25,783 nt of DNA from a virus (lineage: Duplodnaviria > Caudoviricetes), in the IMG/VR virus record IMGVR_UViG_3300046786_000279, positions 1 through 25,783 of that record; one strand, written 5' to 3'. Each line of letters opens with the position of its first letter. Positions within the stretch are counted from its first letter, which is position 1. Under the pieces are notes generated by a model that had not been told where the DNA came from, searched no databases, and saw only the letters and a list, made by a program, of their open reading frames with translations. This document shows positions 17,801 to 24,284 of the stretch, piece by piece. Both the position numbers and the translations under genes were made by a program.

Positions 17801-19587
17801 TTGGCCAGGCGCTCTAATACTCTATAAGCATTTTCGCTGGACTCTTTTAATTGATCTAGCGATGCTGAGAAACGTGCTGCTTCTTCTTCATTTTTACGCA
17901 GCAAAGGTAAAAGTGATGTAAAGATGCCAAATACAACCATTGCAGGTCCTGCAATATTACTAAAAGCTGATACAAATAATCCTACGCTATTAGCTGCTGC
18001 AATGAATGTTCCGCTTACACGAACTCGCCACTTATCTAATCCATTTAATGTTTTTGAATCAGCTAATTCTTTATTCATTGCTCGAATTGTAGGCAAGAAT
18101 CCTTGCTCTTGAGCATTAGTACTTACATTGGATAATATGTCTAAGCGCTCACTACCTGCGCGAGCATTTCTAGCAGCCCTACGGCGTAAAGTATCTCCGA
18201 TACCACCAGTACTACCTTCAGCTTTATCTAATGCAGCATTTTCAGCTGCGTTCAGCTGCTTTCTTAATGAACGAACAGCTTCTAGTTGGCGTTTTTGTTC
18301 TTCTAAGTTTTTAATTACTTTGGAATCAATTGAAAGACCTGCTTCTTTTAATGTGTTAATTTCTCGCTGAATAGCACCAGGACTTGTAGTACCTTTTGTA
18401 AGATTTTCATAAAACTGTGAACCCTTACGTTGTTTTGCATAGTCATTATCGATTGATGCAAATTTTGCACGACTAGCTTTATACTGAGATTCCGCTTCTT
18501 TTAGATCACGTTGTAAGTCCGGTACTTTAAATGCAGCATTTGTACGCTCCAAGAACTTTTCGCCAAAACTTGCAGCAATTTCAGAACTACGTTTGCGAGC
18601 ATCATCAGCAGCATCTTTTAAACCAGCACGCCACTGGCCAATAGCAGGTAGAGCATCTTTTACAAGTTTAATACCAATTAAAGTTAGTGCACCTACTAAT
18701 AATCCACTATTATTAGCCAATAATTTAGCAAAAGGTCCTAGAACATTGTTTACAATTTCTAAACCTGCTTGTGCCACATTCTTTAATGTGGCTAGTAACT
18801 TGTCATAAGGATTAGTAGGGATATCAATATCGCCAAACTTTTTAGCACCTTCAGCTAAAACTGCATTAGCAAAGGCTTGACGTTTTTCAAAGTCTGTTAA
18901 TGCGGAAGCAGGTTTACCAATTTTACGCGCATAATCTTCTGTTGCTTGGCCAACTTTGGTAAAAATACCCAATTCATCCAGCAATTCAGGCTCAAGCTTT
19001 GTGATACCACGTGTTAAACGACTAACGGCATCAGACATATTAACGCCCAATGCTTGTGAAGCTTTCTTGGCTACTTCACCAAGTTTTAGGAACTGTGTTT
19101 GTGATAATCCGCTAGATACTGCTTTTGCAGTTGCTTCCATGGACTCTCGTAAGCTAATAGCTCCACCGCTAGCTTCTGAGAATTGCTTAGCTAAACCACC
19201 CATAGCTACACCGCTAGCAGCTCCTAGTTGATTTAAACCAGCGATCATGTTTGTGGTATCCATTGCATCACTAAGTGCACGGAAAGCAGCACCTGCGGCA
19301 AAGATATTGGCAGCATATACTGCATATAAACGAACTAAGCCATCTAACTCTCGTGATTGCTTAGCAAAGTCACGACCTCCCGCACCTGTTCCTACAGTGC
19401 CGCGAGCTGTATTATATTCTGTTTGTTGAAAAGCCGCATTAGCTGCACGCGAACCTCCACGTGTACCCTTCATCAATTCTTGAGTACGCTCTAGCGTCTT
19501 ATTAGTGCGCTTTGCACTATTATCTAAGTTGTCCATAGACTTGTTACGGTCTAACATTTCAACTTCTACAATTACCTTTTTGCTCAT
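14890..19587 (-). CDS. Tape measure protein
   Basis: 1565 aa, Ala/Leu/Lys-rich and helical; T5 pb2-like N-terminus (YAVYAANIFAAGAAF, ELLDELGI), hydrophobic segments, lambdoid-type C-terminal FAQGG...PTLF...MGEAGPEAIMPL; SD AGGAGG. Confidence 0.95.
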   Translation of the reverse strand: MSKKVIVEVEMLDRNKSMDNLDNSAKRTNKTLERTQELMKGTRGGSRAANAAFQQTEYNTARGTVGTGAGGRDFAKQSRELDGLVRLYAVYAANIFAAGAAFRALSDAMDTTNMIAGLNQLGAASGVAMGGLAKQFSEASGGAISLRESMEATAKAVSSGLSQTQFLKLGEVAKKASQALGVNMSDAVSRLTRGITKLEPELLDELGIFTKVGQATEDYARKIGKPASALTDFEKRQAFANAVLAEGAKKFGDIDIPTNPYDKLLATLKNVAQAGLEIVNNVLGPFAKLLANNSGLLVGALTLIGIKLVKDALPAIGQWRAGLKDAADDARKRSSEIAASFGEKFLERTNAAFKVPDLQRDLKEAESQYKASRAKFASIDNDYAKQRKGSQFYENLTKGTTSPGAIQREINTLKEAGLSIDSKVIKNLEEQKRQLEAVRSLRKQLNAAENAALDKAEGSTGGIGDTLRRRAARNARAGSERLDILSNVSTNAQEQGFLPTIRAMNKELADSKTLNGLDKWRVRVSGTFIAAANSVGLFVSAFSNIAGPAMVVFGIFTSLLPLLRKNEEEAARFSASLDQLKESSENAYRVLERLAKLDPLERITIENISARANALAGIGDALTKSFDDFEKELANRNWADSTLNFLAGIIGRSSEDLLAKQVVGSIERAVALAGSSEKAIKLRADLAALVSLPADASGKAIAEGLKYAGPVIKKEAAKLIDSAGKEAVRSSGSFKLFNESLVESGKLYQDLQNTFKSSSPLAKFAEDSSKKILELTKVLETGDITERLTELTRLSNDQNFLQLFPIEAAKNILNTTQSLQKMSTEYANLDSLIDASTTAISDWEEIASKVGYNPLSFTGKPEELAKAEQAIDNLKKLRDSYVAQKDATTQGLDGAAKTFASSMRDGLVANIKTFTEGLRDAAARAGLEIKKTASEGIVDARLKARVESGIEMKTLDLDKALLTTQKGLIDSNAQLKLAIMENTYAINIGKPGVVKPGESEDQALARPENKALLLQKNALSTLRDNLNSSVKDINAKFEDQKKNRTGPDSGTIEGLGQALGTAQARAELESKFAQLAGKQQSAGIRKQFGAIEADKTERLKSVQEAEKDIEAQRQALDQKRGTMTDDEYQAAKAALDISKAEYAYTAKLVEANATVLKAKAAATGLSKEEGDSNIAAANKILDTTRRQAQVELDLVESSATIATNTATALAAFDAIEKAKVAAAKTTTDDLTAQIELNTAAQSRLGILRDQGMINDDAFKKESDRLTILGLQLDKTKQITDAEETRRAGLSALDRKEKEAGGPLSAAAKALQQVDRDKINKDADTQVAGIKRVMDARIADAKMIQEQTLRQDAYTNAFNQAFKGMEDAIVSFTKTGKLSFSDMINSFGEALLRFEIQASQRALFEGLGGAGGMGKSLAGAASSGIDWFTGLFKSAQGSVYDGGLTKFAQGGMFTNSVVSSPTLFKFAQGTGMMGEAGPEAIMPLKRDSNGNLGVRTNQQQQGNVDVVVNNYGNEKATTRETTDSQGNRKIEVMIGEMVSKEVSRTGSSTQQAFSTTFGSRPALARR

Positions 19588-19651
19588 TAAAGCCCCTCCT
19601 AAAAGGAATGTGTGGCATATTAGAAAAATTTAGATATTTTTCATTAGGACC

Positions 19652-19680
19652 ATTATAGCACATATGGTCAAAATTGTCAA
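19652..19680 (-). promoter_or_regulatory. Perfect sigma70-type promoter with extended -10 upstream of the TMP/tail tip operon
   Basis: Minus strand TTGACA-ATTTTGACCATATGTGC(17 nt)-TATAAT; AT-rich upstream. Confidence 0.9.
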
Positions 19681-19700
19681 TACATAAAATTTTAAAGCAT

Positions 19701-19733
19701 AAAAAAGCCCACTAAATTACTTAGCGGGCTTTT
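19701..19733 (-). terminator. Rho-independent terminator overlapping the stop of the second chaperone ORF
   Basis: AAAAGCCCGCTAAGTAATTTAGTGGGCTTTTTT on the minus strand. Confidence 0.85.
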
Positions 19734-20070
19734 CAGTTTTTTGTTTATTATTGATCTCTTGTATTCTTACACCATCTATGGTGCGAACAAGCATAGTTAT
19801 GAACTTCCTATCTTGCTGATCAATTTCTGTAGCTTCTAAAACTTCCTGGATGCCGATTAGCGATTTACCTAAATAAATACCATTCATTGGATCCCACTCA
19901 TCTCGAAGCATCCTATATGCAATTAAAGCCTGCTGAACTTCCAGCGGAAAATCATCAAACTCAACAGGAATATCTTCCTCTACAGGTTGATTGCCCAATG
20001 CTTCGCACATTTCAAAATATGCTTCTTTAGACATTGCAACACTACTGTTTTGCATATAGTTTGTTAGCAA
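19717..20070 (-). CDS. Tail assembly chaperone, C-terminal (gpT-like) part, likely expressed by -1 frameshift
   Basis: Lies between the first chaperone and the TMP; weak TTG start without a clear SD; its frame is open back to the slippery site at 20103-20109. Confidence 0.8.
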   Translation of the reverse strand: MLTNYMQNSSVAMSKEAYFEMCEALGNQPVEEDIPVEFDDFPLEVQQALIAYRMLRDEWDPMNGIYLGKSLIGIQEVLEATEIDQQDRKFITMLVRTIDGVRIQEINNKQKTEKPAK

Positions 20071-20084
20071 CTTAGTAACTTGAC

Positions 20085-20495
20085 TTAGTTGCTCTTCGAA
20101 AAGTTTCCCAAGTCAGATACCTGTTCACTAATGAAGCCATCAAAATTACTTGAATTTTTCATCAAGTACAGTGCGTTCTCAGGAGTAAAACCTAATTCTG
20201 TATCAGGGTCTTGTCCAGTTAAATCAACTGGTGCAAGCTGTTCAAGATACGATAACTTAAGTCCTGTCCAGCCTTTAACAGCAGCCTCAACGTATAACTG
20301 CAAGAATAAATCTTCGTTAAACTCTTCGGTGGCTTGGCGATTTTTAAAGCTGGTTTTTGTTGATTTCTTACGAATGTTAAGCAATGTTTCACGGCTTAAA
20401 AATGCAAGATTGACTTTGAAACCGGGCATGCCTGGATATTCAACTTCAACAGATTTACTAGGAACTAAAAGGGATTTTAAAGAAATTTCAGACAT
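20085..20495 (-). CDS. Tail assembly chaperone (gpG-like, T5 p139-like)
   Basis: 136 aa following the tail tube gene; YPGMPGFKV.L..LSRE and VKGWTGL motifs. Confidence 0.85.
   Translation of the reverse strand: MSEISLKSLLVPSKSVEVEYPGMPGFKVNLAFLSRETLLNIRKKSTKTSFKNRQATEEFNEDLFLQLYVEAAVKGWTGLKLSYLEQLAPVDLTGQDPDTELGFTPENALYLMKNSSNFDGFISEQVSDLGNFSKSN
20103..20109 (-). other. Programmed -1 ribosomal frameshift slippery site G GGA AAC
   Basis: XXXYYYZ heptamer in the correct phase (TTG GGA AAC); the -1 frame reads LFEEQLSQVTK and continues without a stop into 19717..20070. Confidence 0.85.
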
Positions 20496-20518
20496 ATTTT
20501 TATTATTAAAGAATACAA

Positions 20519-20543
20519 TGGGCTAAGCACCGTGCTTAGCCCA
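20519..20543 (-). terminator. Hairpin/terminator after the tail tube gene
   Basis: Perfect 12-bp inverted repeat TGGGCTAAGCAC-G-GTGCTTAGCCCA followed by an interrupted U-rich tract TTGTATTCTTT. Confidence 0.7.
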
Positions 20544-20553
20544 GATCAGTTTA

Positions 20554-21675
20554 TTAAACTTGAGGAGTTGTGTAAGTAATGTTCAACTCGTTAGCTGCAC
20601 CAATATCAAAGTTGCCGGAAGCAGTACCTTGAGCAGTGAAGTTAATGGTTGTTGAAACAACTTGTTCAGCATTAACTGTTGGGATTGTTAACACAACACC
20701 TGGCATCTCGAAGTCAACTTTAGTATTGCCAGTGCCGCCAACGGAGATCTTCATGTAGTAAGCAGGGCTAACAGCTGTTGAGGAATTTGTTAACATAGTG
20801 CTCATCAAATCAGCAGTATAACCAGTGCCAGTACGCAAATAAGCGTTTAAGCTACCAGAGACAGCACGTGTGCTTGTAAAGTAAGTAACAGGCTTATTAA
20901 CAGTTGCCAAATTGGCAGGTGTTAAATAAGTAACGTTATTAGAGATTGTTAAACTACCGCCAGTAATTGGCACTGTGTATGCTGTACCGCCAGCTGCAAT
21001 ACCTTCGTCCAAAGTAACAACGCTTAATTTGTTAGCAATGTAAGGAGCAGTAGTATTCTTTTGCAGGAAGTTACCTGTTAAAGAACCTGTCAAGCTTCCA
21101 CTTCCAATTGTTGGAGAAGTGATTTGACGTAAAACACCGCCTTGGCCAGCCCACTGAATAGAGGCAATAGCATCCAAACCAAAGTCAATAGTAGCTGTGT
21201 TCAACACGCAGTTGTCAATAACAAAAGTTGTTGCATCAACAATAATAACTAAACCAAAAGGCAAGAGTTGGTGTTTGTTTGAGTTAGTAGCTACGCAAAC
21301 AGCTGAACTAGCACCATCTGTCCAAGCAGGAGCAGTACCACCAATTTCATCAGCTGAGAACATTGCGTTCCACAAAACAGACTCTTCGCAGCTAATTGTG
21401 CTACCAATATCTGCAGGGCGCATGTAAGTTGTAAAAGAGAAATCAGCTGGATCAAGAGCAGTATTAAAACTACGTTGTCCACGAACAGGTGTTGCACCGG
21501 CTTCGTTTAGTGTAACTGTTTCTGCAGTTGTGTTTTGGGAGAATGAAAAGCCTTCCAAAACTTGAATTTCACGGGTATTGGCCGTGGTAAATCCCGTACT
21601 TTTAACCGCACCTGTAACTGAGTCTACATTGCTTGTGTAAAATACGCGACTATTACGAATTAAATTAAATGCCAT
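20554..21675 (-). CDS. Major tail tube protein (T5 pb6-like, without the C-terminal Ig domain)
   Basis: L.RN.R.F, NT.EI.V, T.T.NEAG..P.RG...FN..L..A..SF.TY..P match the T5 pb6 N-terminus as recalled; 373 aa; SD AAGGA. Confidence 0.9.
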   Translation of the reverse strand: MAFNLIRNSRVFYTSNVDSVTGAVKSTGFTTANTREIQVLEGFSFSQNTTAETVTLNEAGATPVRGQRSFNTALDPADFSFTTYMRPADIGSTISCEESVLWNAMFSADEIGGTAPAWTDGASSAVCVATNSNKHQLLPFGLVIIVDATTFVIDNCVLNTATIDFGLDAIASIQWAGQGGVLRQITSPTIGSGSLTGSLTGNFLQKNTTAPYIANKLSVVTLDEGIAAGGTAYTVPITGGSLTISNNVTYLTPANLATVNKPVTYFTSTRAVSGSLNAYLRTGTGYTADLMSTMLTNSSTAVSPAYYMKISVGGTGNTKVDFEMPGVVLTIPTVNAEQVVSTTINFTAQGTASGNFDIGAANELNITYTTPQV

Positions 21676-21745
21676 ATTTTATTTCCTTGTGGTTGGAACG
21701 TAAGGCACACCTACTAGACATTTATCTGTGTCGGTGCCGATAACG

Positions 21746-22186
21746 TTATTGTAGTGCATATCGCACTTGTAGGTTGATCTCTCCGACACCGTAAGGAACT
21801 AAGAGCCCTTCGTCGGTAACAATAGACTGAAGTATAATCTCAGTCGTCTCCAGGCCCTTATCCTGGTCATAAACTAGTACACGATTATTATTAACACAAG
21901 TTTCAATATCATGTAATAAAGTTTCTAGTTGGCTCTGTGGGTCTTCTTGATCTTTTACATATGCTTTAACAGATATGTTTAAAAAACACCAAGTAAAATC
22001 CGCAGGGTGATATTCGCGTACTTCTGACCCAGGTATAAGATATATTGCGGGAAAATCCTGTATTTCATCCCAAAACTTTATTTTGGCATACGCATTATCA
22101 TACAAGTTTGTTTGATAAGGCGCATTGCCGTCAATCAGTTTAAATTTTTCTGCAAGAGCCCTAGCAATGCTATTTCGTTTGCTCAT
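21746..22186 (-). CDS. Tail terminator protein (T5 p142-like)
   Basis: 146 aa directly upstream of the tube gene; KFWDEI.DFP, SI.TDEGLL.PYGVGEI.L.V.Y motifs. Confidence 0.85.
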   Translation of the reverse strand: MSKRNSIARALAEKFKLIDGNAPYQTNLYDNAYAKIKFWDEIQDFPAIYLIPGSEVREYHPADFTWCFLNISVKAYVKDQEDPQSQLETLLHDIETCVNNNRVLVYDQDKGLETTEIILQSIVTDEGLLVPYGVGEINLQVRYALQ

Positions 22187-23634
22187 ATTGATATAGCCCT
22201 TAATTTATTACTAACTGCTTCTGCAGCAATCTCCCTAATAGATTTTGCAATTAACAATTTAGGATCGCGTGATTTAGGGTTTTGTTGTCTACCACCAGAA
22301 CTAAAGGTTGCATAAGGATATTTCATATAATTATAAAATACACTAATCATTCCGTCGCGGCTCATAGTTAAATGATCTACATTAACCGTACTGGCAAATC
22401 TACCTGTTCTATAGTTAAGTACATCTCTACGATTACCATCACCCATATTTGCACTAATTACATCTTGTAATTGTGAATTTATTAAAGCCGATAGACTAAT
22501 TAAGTCTACTGTTTGCGGCTCTATTTTCTTTTTTACTGTTTGCTTAGCTTTATTAACAGAATTTTTTAGCTTTTTAAGGTCTGCCTTAGCTTTCCTAATA
22601 TCTGCTTTTGCTTTGTCAGCACCAACTACTTTTCTTAGAGTTAGTTCAGCAAGATTATTTATTGTGCCTGTATACTCTTTTTTATACTTTTTTGGCTTAC
22701 CAGAAATAGAAGCAATTAATGTATCTTCTATTAGTTCTATGATTTTAGGCGAAGACTCTAGTTCTACGAATCCGTGTGAACCTTCTACTAGTCCCTGCTC
22801 AATAAAACCATCTACCATGCTATTGAGAGCTTTTTCAATCAGACTAGCATTATTATAGCCTACTTCTTTGAAGAATCCTCTGACGCCTTTATTTTCGTTT
22901 TTGCCAACGGCTGTACCAACTCGACCACCAGCTAACTGTTGATCTGCACTACCTTGCCATTCAATTAACCAATTAGAATCAGTTTTTCTGTATTTTGCAA
23001 ATACACTGGCTTTTAGGCTTTTAATATTACTAGTTGCTTCATCGTAAGATTCTAGAATATCTAGTAATGTATCTACGAAATTGTTAAGTGCAGTTAATTC
23101 TTTTTGTAGTTGTTCTGGAGATACTTGGCGTGAAGGATCTTTTAGTGCTTGTCCTACGCTACCTTTTGTACGCTGAACAAGAGTATTTGCCCAACCATAC
23201 ACATGACCTTTATCATACTTTCTTTCTTTAACAGCAGATAATACTGTTTTAGAAATATCTCCTGCATCAGCTACATTAGCATCAATTGCTATTTGCTGTA
23301 AGTATGAAGATACACTTTCATTAAGATAACGAAAAGTTAGACCTTTAAATATAATTGTTTCTTGACCCGCAGCACTATGGTAGACTACATCATTGAAACC
23401 TGTATCGTACTTATTAGTTTTTATTTGATCAAATATAGCTCTGGCAGTACCTTGACCAACTATACTGGATAATTGGTCAAAAGGAATGATTTGGTCTACA
23501 CTAGAGTTACGAATTTCTGTTTCGCTAGACTTACGAGTTTGATGCAATATGGAACTAGTATCTCGCTGACCAGAAGCCCATTCCTTTAGTTGTGGTACAT
23601 TTTTAAGTGCACGTCTAAAGGCTTCTGCACTCAT
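22183..23634 (-). CDS. Tail completion/neck protein (T5 p143-like C-terminus, long N-terminal region)
   Basis: C-terminal L.YRTGRFA.....YNYM..PY..F....RDP..LI..SI..IA; position between head completion and terminator genes; ATGA overlaps at both ends. Confidence 0.8.
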   Translation of the reverse strand: MSAEAFRRALKNVPQLKEWASGQRDTSSILHQTRKSSETEIRNSSVDQIIPFDQLSSIVGQGTARAIFDQIKTNKYDTGFNDVVYHSAAGQETIIFKGLTFRYLNESVSSYLQQIAIDANVADAGDISKTVLSAVKERKYDKGHVYGWANTLVQRTKGSVGQALKDPSRQVSPEQLQKELTALNNFVDTLLDILESYDEATSNIKSLKASVFAKYRKTDSNWLIEWQGSADQQLAGGRVGTAVGKNENKGVRGFFKEVGYNNASLIEKALNSMVDGFIEQGLVEGSHGFVELESSPKIIELIEDTLIASISGKPKKYKKEYTGTINNLAELTLRKVVGADKAKADIRKAKADLKKLKNSVNKAKQTVKKKIEPQTVDLISLSALINSQLQDVISANMGDGNRRDVLNYRTGRFASTVNVDHLTMSRDGMISVFYNYMKYPYATFSSGGRQQNPKSRDPKLLIAKSIREIAAEAVSNKLRAISI

Positions 23635-24197
23635 GTGAAGTCTGCCATGTATTGATCCAGTACACGTTTAATTGTGGCTGGAAAGTTACTAGAACTAACA
23701 TAACTAATTTGTGTAGTGTTAGGAGTTAAATCACGAGTACTATGTACAGCACCGTTATTCTTAGAATAATACTCTACTAAATCTAATACTGCTAATTTTA
23801 AATCTGCAGGTACTGTTTCGTATCCTGCAAAATAAGTTACTTTATATCCGTTAATAGCTTGTGGAAACCCGCTTGGGCTTAAGCTAAGTACATAGTCATC
23901 GCGTACTACATAGTCTGTAAACTTTACCAAATTAGTATAAGTTTTACCAAAGTCAGCGCTATAAGCAACTGAATTAACTGTAACTACTGGAGTTTCTTTT
24001 AAGATGATTTGTTTAAAGCCACCATCAAACACTTCTGTTTTGGCCTCGTCGTAGAAATCAATGAAGGTACGACGGCAATATGTTTTTACTAAGTCGCTGA
24101 CTTTGGGTATTAAGAAGTCGATTTCTGCATCAGAGTTTGTACTTGTAATTCCTAAGTAAGCTTTGTATTCTGCTTTTGTTACTAAATTTGTTGCCAT
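23631..24197 (-). CDS. Head completion / head-tail connector protein (T5 p144-like)
   Basis: LVT..EYK.Y.GI.....D..I..LI..VS..VK.YC.R.F and VTY.AGY..VP.DLKLA motifs; start moved to ATG 24197 (MATNLV) behind SD GAGGT, giving 188 aa. Confidence 0.85.
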   Translation of the reverse strand: MATNLVTKAEYKAYLGITSTNSDAEIDFLIPKVSDLVKTYCRRTFIDFYDEAKTEVFDGGFKQIILKETPVVTVNSVAYSADFGKTYTNLVKFTDYVVRDDYVLSLSPSGFPQAINGYKVTYFAGYETVPADLKLAVLDLVEYYSKNNGAVHSTRDLTPNTTQISYVSSSNFPATIKRVLDQYMADFT

Positions 24198-24240
24198 AAA
24201 TACCTCGCTTGTTTTATAAAGGCACATAATACCTTTATAA

Positions 24241-24266
24241 AACAAGACCCCCGAAAGGGTCTTGTT
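24241..24266 (-). terminator. Rho-independent terminator after the major capsid gene
   Basis: AACAAGACCC-TTTCGG-GGGTCTTGTT followed by TTATAA; UUCG-containing loop. Confidence 0.8.
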
Positions 24267-24284
24267 AACAATTACACTAGCAGA

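Noticed and set aside
1053-21497. Short alternate-frame minus-strand ORFs 1053..1277, 5964..6149 and 21291..21497
   Set aside because: Their Leu/Gln/Val-rich composition is typical of the shifted frame of Thr/Ala-rich genes; no initiation signals.
24198-24245. Longer start (MFYKGIM...) for the head completion gene
   Set aside because: It starts inside the terminator/inverted repeat; ATG 24197 has a proper GAGGT SD and matches the family N-terminus.
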